From: Camelus dromedarius | Lineage: Eukaryota | Assembly: GCF_036321535.1 (NCBI RefSeq) | Contig: NC_087449.1 | Location: forward strand, 17,794,001 to 17,858,000 | Length of the DNA: 64,000 nt | Reading direction: 5' to 3' | In this document: positions 25,878-36,613 of the stretch, piece by piece | How the letters are laid out: each line of letters begins with the position of its first letter | How positions within the stretch are numbered: position 1 is the stretch's first letter | Notes under the pieces: generated by a model | Told to the model about the DNA's origin: nothing | Seen by the model: only the letters and a program-made list of their open reading frames with translations | Databases searched by the model: none | Made by a program: the position numbers and the translations under genes

Positions 25878-27429
25878 CACATATGCATACACATGCATTT
25901 ATTCAAGTAACAAAATATTTGCCTTAGAAATGTGCATAAAATATTCAAAAGACTTACCCAAACTTCATCTTTTCCCTATATTAGCAACCCTGTGGAGACA
26001 ATAATGAAGTTCCAATTTTAAATGCTTTATACAATCAAGTGCTATTTGACTTTCTGGAAAATATCCTCTCATGTTAGAGAATATTTCTTCCCAGTCTATT
26101 TAATTTGTTGGGCACCTCCAGGATCTTTGAGATTTAAAAAAAAAAAAAAAAAAAGTCGGTCGCTGTTATCCAAACAGAAAATGGGAGAGACTACTGGAGA
26201 AAGTAAGAATGTGGGTAGCATAATAGTTTTTCCCTGTTTAGATCTGACTGATGCAGGCAAACTTTATTTTTTGACTGATTTGTTGAATATGGAACCAGCT
26301 GTGCCCTTGCAAGTAATATTTCAGCTCTCTGCTTGCTTCAAATGTCCCCACATGCCACTCAGCAACTGTATGGGTTCTCGGTTACTTTTGCTTGTTACAA
26401 TGAACCTTGATTCCATGTGAAAGGTAATACCACAAATTTGAATGATTCATATTTTAGATTGAAATTGATCTCCCTTCCTGCAACTCAAAAGAGATAGGGT
26501 TTTCATTTTGGTTGAAAGAGGCAGTAATAAATTTAGATTTGGTGATTATCGAAGACAGCATGCTATGTGAGCCAACTTGCTTTATCCTCACAGCTTTATG
26601 ATGCTAATGGAAACTCTTTCCTGGATGTGCTGGTAATAAATATTTGACACATGTTAGGTTTGTAGGTACAGGGAGATTTTGATGTTGCTAAATCAGCCTA
26701 TCAAGCGGCACTCTACTAAGCTAAAATACACATACACAGTCTTAATCATCACACAAATAATGGATGGATACAAATTTGCTGAAATGGAGTATGAGTGAAG
26801 CAAGAGGAGTTTTTTGCTCCCTGACCTTCCACCTAGATCCTGTGTGTATTCTCAAGAAGCTAGACACAAAATGGTCATTCAGTGCTGTACTTGAGAAGTG
26901 ATATCCAACAGTTTGAAGCATTCTAGGACATTTGGCCCTGGATAAAACATCCACAGAACAATTGGTCTACACTAAAAGGTCCTTGAAATTTGGTCCTACT
27001 CAGAACATCCATGAGTATATGTGGTCTATACCAAATGGTTTTGAACAGGACCAAAGAGCAAAGATTGGTTGGCATGCGCCAATGTCTTACGGACATTTTG
27101 GACAAGACCGGGTGTTCGAATAACTGTGGGGACCTGTGGTGCTCCATTTCACCAAACTGCCTCTGGTGAGAACCAAATATGGATGCTTTAGTTATCTGTG
27201 TCGAATGACAGAACTTAGAGCTGGAGTAGGTCTCAGAAACAAACGAGTCAAAGTTTTTCCAAACTTTTTTGAGCAGTGGATTCTCTTCTTTCCCCAAATA
27301 AAACCTTATGCAAACCGTTAATATACAACAAAGATGAAATTGGAGTTCATTTGGTTGATTTGAGCGTAAATCTGGAAAATCCTTTCTTTTTCCTCCATGT
27401 CACATTGCACAGTGACCTGGAGGCCTGTC

Positions 27430-27850
27430 AAAAAGCCGTAGAGTTCCAGAAAATTAGGTTTGAAAACTTCCGGTCTAGATCCATCCTTTTGCTTTGTAGG
27501 TGAGAGAACGGAGGCCCCGAGAAGGTGATTGATAACCCGAAGTCATGTGTTGTCACAGCAGATCTACGGCCAGAACTTCCTGAGTTTTTCCGACTCTTGT
27601 TCCAGGGCTCTTCCCACTCTCCACGCCAACCTCTAAAAGCTTTGGAATCACACAGATCTGAGTCGAGTCCACAGTCCTACAATGCAAGATGTTAGACAGT
27701 TCTCTCAAACTGAATCTTTAAACCTCAGTTGTCTCACCTATAAAATAAGGAAAACAGATTATTTTCATAGGGTTGTTGTGATGATTAATTGAGATAGGAT
27801 ATGTAAAATAGTGTACATAGTACCCAATCCAAAGGAAATGCGCATCCAAT
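27430..27850. mobile_element. Two MIR-family SINEs: antisense ~27430-27625, sense ~27650-27850
   Basis: tttgtaggtgagagaacggaggccccgagaaggtga is an antisense core. aacctcagttgtctcacctataaaataagg...gggttgttgtgatgattaattgag is a sense core. Confidence 0.7.
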
Positions 27851-28104
27851 GCTGGTTTTGCTTTTCTTTCCTCTCTGTTATGTATAACCAAAATATTGAA
27901 GGACAAACCCATAAAGGCTCAGATCTACGTGATCTCTATAACTCTGTAACTTGATCTCACTGAATATCCAAGATCAGCACTAGTGTTTTGATTCACTTAT
28001 TAATGCACTTATGTACATTGCTATGATAATCGCCTTTTTATTAGAATTATTAATTAAATCAGCCATGCACGTAAGCATTCGCTTGCAATGATGAAAAAAA
28101 AGTG

Positions 28105-28370
28105 GTCAGGATGATAGAGAGGGCTGTACAAGATTAATTGCTCTGCTGATGTGTTTCTCTCAGGTTAAGAGGCAGCTTGACAGCTGCATCCTCCAGCTAC
28201 GGAGATGGCATATACATCCCTATAGCCGACAAAGGGTCAGTAAACGCCTAAAGAAGAAGGGAGCTTTGGTATTTGCTGTTGATCAGCCTTGACATGTAGC
28301 AAGCTTGTGGAAATTAGGTACCAAAAAGATCAAAAGGAGTTTCAGATTTAACCGCAAAATTTTATTAGGT
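28105..28370 (+). mobile_element. Ancient CR1/L3 LINE 3' ORF2 remnant
   Basis: Translation gives RMIERAVQ...SLRLRGSLTAA...EFQI*PQNF, resembling the CR1 C-terminus MIKGLE...SLEKRRLRGDLIAV...RFRLDIRKNF. Confidence 0.45.
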
Positions 28371-28389
28371 GCTCTAGCCTGAGTCAGAC

Positions 28390-28530
28390 AATTTAGGGTC
28401 TGGCCCTTACTTGGAGAGATCCTTAGGCAAAAAGCACTTCACTCCCTGGCCTCAGTTTCCTCCTCTATAAAATGAGAAGAATAGAATAATCTCCAAGTTT
28501 CCTTTTGGCGATAATGCTTTGTAAGATTCT
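28390..28530 (+). mobile_element. MIR3-like SINE
   Basis: ctccctggcctcagtttcctcctctataaaatgagaag...atctccaagtttccttttggc. Confidence 0.75.
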
Positions 28531-31500
28531 AAGAAATCTATATATGTTTTTAAAAAGTAGTATTTATGTATGGATTGTTATTAAGAACGGTTATACTTAC
28601 TCCTTAACAAAGTAGAAATGCTGTCAATATTTTTCCCTTCTGTACAGTTTTTGTCATTGAACTCGAAATTATTTTTTATTGACAGAAAAAATTGTCTTTT
28701 AATGGGTTTTGCTCTTTGGTGAGTTTCCATAAAGTTTAGCTAATGGCACTGCTGGCCTAATCATTTTGTCATCTCTACAAAGAATTTTACTCTCCAGGGA
28801 AATTTCCTTTATGTTCACAGTTTCAATTATGTTGGCCAATAACCTATGAAAAGGCACTAGAGTAGACCTCCCTGCTTGCTCTTTTATTTCACAAAGCTCT
28901 AACCCAATAACAACTTAGGCCAAAATGTGACCCTGTTTCTATGGGATTTGTTGCTATTAAGACTTCGTAAAATTGAAAACATGCCAACATTTCCAGCCTA
29001 AATAAAACACAGTAGCAGCCTCTGCCTTCAGTGTGCCTTTCCTAGCCTTTTCTCTGACCGGGCATACGGGACGTCCTGGGAGAGAGTCCCCACCCCTATT
29101 TCTGGGAAGTCCCTAAGAACACTTACCCGGCGCTCGCTGTTCTCCCTGACGCTGTGACCGGGTGGGAAGCGTGGCCCAGTGGTCTGAGCTGCTCTGCCAC
29201 CTCCACGTCTGCACTGTGATTCCCTTTTCTGAAAAATGTAGATGTGGCCCCTAATGTAAGATCCAGGGATACGTGTGGAGAAAGTGAAAATTATGAAGTG
29301 CCGGATGCCATTATTATTTAACCTACCATTTCTCCTCGGGCAATGTGAAGCGTAATTAACAGAGCACTCACCAAAAGGAAAAGGAAAGTGAAACTGGCTT
29401 TTTGATGTTCCAGATAAAGGAGAAAAGAGGAAGAATTAATTGTGAAAGTGATGATATTTCAGTGGGCCACACTTTCTCTAAAGCACTGTAAATTCCATTT
29501 TAGTGGCCATGAAACTGCTGGGGAAGGGACTGAAAATCGCATGTCCTCATTGAATGTGTCTATTCAGCATGGGCTGGATCTCCTTACTTATAAATACAAT
29601 TCAGTTGGGATTTCTCTCCAGAGACACAAATTAGGTATCTGCCCAGTGTATTTTTAAGTAAGATTTGAATAAATCAAGCAAGACTTGCTGGTGTGGAAAT
29701 GTCATTTCACCTATGGCATGGCCAGAAATTTTTAGTAGGCAGGATTTTTCCCATTTCATTCTTTTTTTTTTCTTTTTTTTTTAAACAAGCTTTCTCTTTC
29801 AACAGTTTTAAAGCAAAGAAGTAACTTGAGTTACCCAGCTCTAAAATGTGGTACTAGATAATCGCATGCTCTTTAATTTCCTCTCTTTGATTTTTAAAAA
29901 TCAATCCAATTAGTGCATATGTGGAGCAGCCTAATTAGTGAGGCAGATCATAATGCTTGTCAAAGAACCATTAGAGTCACCACTCGGTCCACTTAGATGG
30001 AATCACAAGTTTTCCAAAATACTTCGTAAGACAGAATGCAGCAACATATTTTCCTAAAACTGGCTGGATAATAGCCTATGTTTTAAGAATGACAGGTCAT
30101 ACCTATAGGAAAATATTTTCTTAAAAAAACAAAAAACAACTTAACTTCTTGCGAGCACCATAGTTTATGGTATGATAACATGCTTATCCACATGTACGTA
30201 AGATCTACAATCAAACTATTTAACTCAGTAAACACATTATTAGAAAGACTTACAAAAGCTATGGATGCACAACTTCTCTGCAGGCGTGGCTCTGCTGAAA
30301 AAAGATAAACTGAAAAGCTTCATTTCTCTCAGGCTAGCACGTTGTCTATCGGAGTCCGTATCTGACATCTTTTCTTACACCCATTTTGCTTCCTACTTCA
30401 AACCACCTGTGTTACCCCAGCATCCTTCCTGCCAGCAGCACCTGAAAGAATGAGTCTCATGTGCCCAAATATTCTTAGACTGTCACATATCATTATCATA
30501 ATAATCTTGCATCTATTGTTTACTTTTCTTTGCTAGCATACACTCTGATTTCTTTCTATTATTCTTATATAAATTCTTTTAAAAGATTAAAAAAATTCAC
30601 TACTGCTTCACATATTATTAATGATTGGCTCTCATCTGATGTTTGCTTTTTGCTTTCTGGACCATTCTTTCTCTGTCTCTCTCTCTCTCTTCTTTTCTCT
30701 CATTTTCCCTCTACTCCAGAACAGATAGGTAGATGCTTCTGTAACCGGGAGTACAAGTTCAAGATAGGACCAAACAGCTTCTGAATAGGCAAGCTCAAAA
30801 TTGCTTTTGAAAGCCTCATCACTGAAAACGTAATCAGTCTTAGCTCACTCCACACTGATTTAAGTTGCAGCCTCGGGGCCAACCTTTGACCAGGGCAGCA
30901 TCCACACTTGCATCGATTCCGCCTGCAATCGAATTACTCAGGCAATTCTGTGCATTTTCAGCTCGAGCCCTGGAGTGCAAATGGCCAATTTGGGAGGCAA
31001 CTTGGTTGTGCTTGAAATTTGCAGGAAGATTTTCTTATATGTTCCTTGGAAAAGGCAGGGTTTCTTTTTAAAAATAATCTTAGTCACAGAATGGATATTG
31101 TATTTGTGTTTATGTTTGTTTTGTTTTGCGAAAACTTTGCTTCTCCCAAAGAATCTCTGCTGACTTTGAAATGATGACTTTGTGTACTAAACTCATCAGA
31201 GTGTGTAGTAAAACTTAAGGGAAATGAAAACTAATGAAGAAAGTATAATGCAATATGATATTCTGCTGTTAGATAATAAAGGAAATGTCACATTGTGTTT
31301 TATAATTTAGAAGCAAAAATTTAAAAAAAAATTGTGATGATGGAACAAAAGAAGCTTCCTTATAGAATTATACTCTGTGACAACACCTTCCACTCCTCCT
31401 CTGTGAAATATTTTATAAGTTTAGAACCAAGAAACATTACACATGCCTTTCTAGAGCATAACAGACTTTTGCATTTATTTTTCATGTTTACCTCCTTATA

Positions 31501-32661
31501 ATGTAACTAATTATATATCACCTACCCTCCTCACAAAACTCCTCTTAGTTTGACGTAAACTTTACTGTCTTTGTGTGTTTATTTATATTTTTATAATTAT
31601 ACTATAGATTCAGTTGTATACCTTATAAGAACTTCCCCATGTTTCTTTTCAGGCTTACTAAATAATATCTTGGTGGCTTCACTATTTGTATATTTAGTGG
31701 TGTGTTGGTAAATATCTAACTGGAATGAATGTTTATCACAAAATTTACAAATAATAATAAACTGTAGAAGACCCTTCAATGTAAATTCCATATAACCAAT
31801 TTCTTCTCATAGAATGCTTTCACTGATATTTGCTGCAATCATGTATGTATAGCCAACCTATGGTTGCAGTTCAACCATGATTCGACAAATGGAATTGTAT
31901 CCCAACTCTGAGTATTTTTCTGACACGAAGATGGGCTGGTGTTTCTATTTATGATAGCAAGTAAGATGAAAGTAACTTCTTTGCTGAAACAGAGAATCGT
32001 ATTGGAAATCCTGAAAGAAAATTTTCTTAATTTTTTTATGCTATTCATAAGGTAATGCCTACAGACACAATATATTTTTATGTTTAATCTCATTAACATT
32101 TCTCCATCATTTTCTTCAGTCAAGACGGTCAACAGCCACAAAAATTAAACCAGCCCCTAATTTGGAACGTTTTCCATTTTCCAGGGTGCAAATACTCCCA
32201 TTATGGCAGGTTTCAAGCTACCAAGTGACGTTACTGAGTAGAGCTGGGAGGAGGCGCACAGCATCACACCATCCTATTTCATTTCCACAGCAGAGACGTA
32301 GTGTTAGAAAGCTGAATATCACAGATAATGGTAAAAGTCCAGTAAATGATTTTGAAATGATGAGTTTTGAATGGTTATTACATCTGTTTTTAATTTAATT
32401 TTTAAGATTATATAATTTAATCTCAACAGTGGCCATGTTTAATAACTGCTTGCAAAATTCCTTCAGATTTAACAATTGGTTCTCATGACCTGGTACGAGT
32501 CAGCTTCATCATGCTTCTAGCCACTCAAGTGGATATAAAGGGAAATTTGGCTTCTCTGTATACAGATGGCATGGTTCTAGGCAAATTGCAGAAACGCTCT
32601 CTCTTCAGTTTACCCCTGTGAAACGGAGCTAGTCAGGCTTTGCTCACATGGAGGTGAAGTA

Positions 32662-32970
32662 CTGTCAGCCCTCCATGCCAATGGGTTCCATGTCCGTGGA
32701 TTCAACCAACCACAAATAGAAAATATTTTTTTTAAATTCCAGAAAGTTCAAAAAAAGGAGAACTTGAATTTGCCATGCAACCAGCCACCATTTATATAGC
32801 ATATACATTGTATTATAAGCAATCTACAGATGATTTAAAGTACACAGGAGGACGTGTGTAGGTTATAGGCAAATACGGCACTTAAATAAGGGTCTTGAGC
32901 ATCCGTGGATTTTGGTTTCTGTAGGGGGGGTTCCTGGAATCAATCTCTCACAGATACTGAGGGACGACTG
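32662..32970 (-). mobile_element. MER2B (TcMar-Tigger) MITE with TA target-site duplications, inserted in a MIR remnant
   Basis: Terminal inverted repeats ctgtcagccctcc ... gagggacgactg with TA at 32660-32661 and 32971-32972. Internal ttccagaaagttcaaaaaaggagaacttgaatttgcc and gagcatccgtggattttgg. Confidence 0.9.
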
Positions 32971-33435
32971 TATCTTACATTAAATAAGATACACGTAAAG
33001 TACTTGGTCCGTAGTAGAGACTCATGCATTCGTTGTTTTCCCTTTCCCTCTTACATAACTTCATCCCCCCCATTATATCTATAATTTCTTTAACTTAACT
33101 GTGAAGTAGGGGTGCTCTGATTCAGCGTCTCCAAACCCATATAATGATTCTGATACAACTGGATTTTATTCTGTCTGTATGATAAGCTCAGTGTCCCTAA
33201 GTGTTGACACATGCAGCATGCCTCGTTCGCATTTGCTGCGATGCAAAACCTTTCCTCTTAAAATTGACTCATTCTCGCCCCATGCTAGTTTTAAAGCAAC
33301 GTTTTAATCTAAAGTAGTGAGGCCTCAGGAAATGCTTATCTTGTAATGTTTAAACCCTGTGAAGTCAGAGAGAAAAATTGTACCTGGCCAGAAATATTAC
33401 CTGGCCATGAAAAGTGTTTAGTGTCTTGTATTAAC

Positions 33436-33955
33436 GTCACAATACAGCTCCCAAATTCGAGGAATGGCTCAAAGAACTTGAGAACTACTGTGATGCTCTT
33501 TATGAAAGAAGACAAACAGGAAGCTAAGTGTGGCTTCAGCAAACAAAGTCTGGAAGTACTACATAGTGCTGGTGTTGAAAATGAGACATTTGATATACTG
33601 GCAGACAAAACTTCAGCAAAAATTAAAAACTTACTCCAGTTGGCCAACATACCCTCAGCTGTATGTAAGAGGGGAGCTGGTTGGAGGAGTGGACATTGTT
33701 GAGGAACTGAAAGAAAATGGTGAGTTGCTGCCTTTACTGAAAGGAGAAAATTAATAAACATAGGACTTGGTATCCAGCTACTGCAAGAAAGACCTCATTT
33801 TGGGGAGCAGTTCGTGATGTGGTCCTCAGAAATGGACCAGGAGTAGAAAATGCTCATCCTCAGTTATGCTTTGTGTATTTCAGAAGGCTGTGCTAAATAA
33901 ACATATGTGATCTTTTTTCCCACCAAAAATAGAACACAATAAATATCTTCAAGTT
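33436..33955 (+). pseudogene. GLRX3: 5'-truncated processed pseudogene of glutaredoxin-3 (PICOT): last Grx domain plus 3'UTR
   Basis: Overlapping frames give [37 protein letters not shown] and [43 protein letters not shown] (stop 33752-33754), matching the GLRX3 C-terminus. No introns, two frameshifting deletions, and a GLRX3-like 3'UTR running to AATAAA at 33938-33943. Confidence 0.93.
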
Positions 33956-34229
33956 AAGTTTTCTTAGAAGATCATAATAGGTTTCAGATCCAATGTTTCT
34001 CTCTCCTGCAACCTGGCCAGAAGCAGAGGAGGAGGAAAACATATCTGAAGTTGCTTTGCAGTAGGTGGGGTCAGTTCCCCGCCATATCACGCACCCTCCC
34101 CTCCAAAAAAATCTTAAAAATCTTTTTTTTCCTCTAATTCTTACCTGCTAAAAGCAAAAAGTCTGTAGTTTGTAGGCTGCATACTTCGGGACATGAGATT
34201 AACCAGTAATGCCACCACTTTAAAACATT

Positions 34230-34330
34230 AGTATTTATTCATTTATCAGTGTATTGAGCATCAAAATGCCTAGTCCCATGCTATATTGAGAATACTGAGG
34301 TGAGCTAGCAAGATTCTTATGGTTCCTAAC
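34230..34330 (-). mobile_element. L2 3' end fragment
   Basis: tttattcatttatcagtgtattgagcatc...cccatgctatattgagaatac. Confidence 0.55.
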
Positions 34331-36047
34331 CCTTTGAGGACTGCTGTTTTTGAAGATGAAGTTGGAGATGCAACCAGTTACCACAAAATGTGGTCAATTT
34401 CTGGAGGTGAGAAAGAGAATGACAAATATGAATGAATAAAAGAAATCCCATATGGCTGGAGCACAGAGGACAATTAAAGAGAAAGTGGACAGGCATGAAG
34501 ATGCAACGAAAGGCAGATGTTATAAATGTTAGGAGCCAAGCCTTTTTTTTTCCCCCCCATACACTGTTGATAGCTTTTAAAGTGTGAGTGACGTAAGAGA
34601 CAAATATTTATGACTGGAATCTAGTGCTGCTTTGTTCTTACAGTGTCTCACGATGCATGTGGAACAACCGGAGTTACTAAGATAAAGATGACTTTTGGTC
34701 TAAGCATACATTCCTCTGCCCCTTTTGGCACTCCTCAGAAACACACGTTGCTTATTTATCACCTCCTCATATGTTTCTATAAAGTCATATGTATGTGTGC
34801 CAGTTTTACTCAAAGGAAGAGCAATTACTTAACTCGGTTGATGTGTTATGCTGGTCAAATAGTAAAATAATTAGTACTGAACCATTTAATGAGATGTGTA
34901 ATCTTTTTCTAATATATCCTTCCCTAACTTTTTTCCTAAGCACACTGTTAATCTACTCAATAATACATAGTATAATTGTTCGGTCTAATCTCTTTTTCCT
35001 TCCAATTACACACGATGTTGCAAAAAAGCTCTCCAAAGATACTTTGGAGCAAAATCTTCATCTCTTGAATACTGCAGTAAAGTTAAATACTCTCACCCCC
35101 GAAGTATCCCTTAGAGAACTTTCCTATATGTACATTTATAACGAATTGTCTTCTGATTATAGAATCACTTGATCAGTAGCATCGCGGTAACAGCTGATCG
35201 CTAAACACTGAAAATGATTCCATGTCCTGAGAAACAGGTAGTTTTACCAATTTAGTGACAGGCTGTTTTATCCAATGAAATATTTTGCAGTCTGTACTTT
35301 CTCCAGTCTCAGACCAAAGAGGAGTTAAACTCTCTAGGAGAACTTGCTTATTTTTTTTTTTAATGTATTTTATTTTGTTTTGCTTTGCTTTAGTTTTTCA
35401 AAACCTCTCTCTCTAGTCCCAGTCCCCCAAGTTGCAGTTGGTTATGGTAGTAACCAGGTGAGAGAGCTGAGATGGTTCGGTGCAGATGCAGCCCCACTAT
35501 TCATCTGCAAGTCAATGTGAAGACCTACACATACCGCACTCTCCTGCCGAAGGCGAGGAAGGGAAAGTGTTAGGAGAGAAGCACAGCGTCTTCTGTTCAG
35601 TGTGGCTGGTGTGAGATCAGACTTTGCATCTGGGCTCAATTAGAGGATGAGGAAAGGCAAAATGTAATGCGGTGTCCCATCTAGATAAGATAAGCATGGC
35701 TCTGAGAGAGAGAGAGTATCAAAGCACTGGGGAAAAAAAGATAGCTCCAAGCAAGTGTTCTGCTTATGGCGGTTCAGAACCATTATCTTCAAATACTAAA
35801 AGCAACATTATTATCTTTCATGATTTACAGTGGTTGAATTCAACGTAAGATAGGCCTAACTCTTAACAGTTTTGAAAAATACCGCCTTATGTTGTTGTTA
35901 CTGTTGTGACTTATAGAGGAAAGTGCAGCAAAGTGACAAGCTTAGACAGAGGACAATTTCAGACTGGAAATTGGGCTAATTACCACCTAGATGGAAAACA
36001 GAAAATCTGGAACCTACTATAACATATGGAAATGATTCTTTTAACAA

Positions 36048-36050
36048 TGT

Positions 36051-36096
<46 letters not shown>

Positions 36097-36104
36097 GTGT
36101 GTGT
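36048..36104 (+). repeat. Long interrupted (TG)n microsatellite
   Basis: Direct reading; potential Z-DNA former. Confidence 0.95.
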
Positions 36105-36613
36105 AAAGCCAGACTAAAAGTCACCTAATGAGTTGGCTTTATTTCTTCATGACCATCAGTGTGTGTGTTGTTTATAATGTAGCCATTCTAAAAGACCACA
36201 GACACACAGGCATTAAGTACTTGTTTATGTTTGGCCTTTCAAAGGAGCTTGGTTGTTCCTGCAACATTGTTGATGGCGTGTTGATGCTCGCAGCCATGCC
36301 CTAGGCTTCTTCATAGGTGGTCCTTTAAAGCAAGAAACTTCTAACACGTGTTATTTAAAATGACCTTTGAAAATGAAATGTCTAATACAAAGGTCTAGAA
36401 ACAAAAACATATTATTTTATCTACATTCTACCTGACCATTAAAATCTTGTTGAACCAAAGCACTTGGAGACCTTCCGCCAGAAGAATAGTCTTCCAATAA
36501 CTAACTTACCATTTTTTATTTGTTAATATTAAAATCCTGTGAGACTTGTAAAGAACTAACACAAAGATCTCTAAATCTGTAAATCACTTGCTAGTTATTT
36601 TTTCTAACGCATC

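Noticed and set aside
26136-26154. Poly-A runs here and near 44995-45012 as retroposon tails
   Set aside because: No recognisable element body or TSD upstream.
26022-27297. 132-aa and 124-aa ORFs
   Set aside because: One runs through a poly-A tract (poly-K), and neither resembles a known protein.
33346-33754. ORFs of 118 aa and 74 aa as a functional GLRX3 retrogene
   Set aside because: 5'-truncated, two frameshifts split the domain, and no start codon in a GLRX3 context.
33336-33761. 141-aa ATG-initiated ORF antisense to the GLRX3 retrocopy
   Set aside because: Shadow ORF of a formerly coding sequence; no promoter or family evidence.
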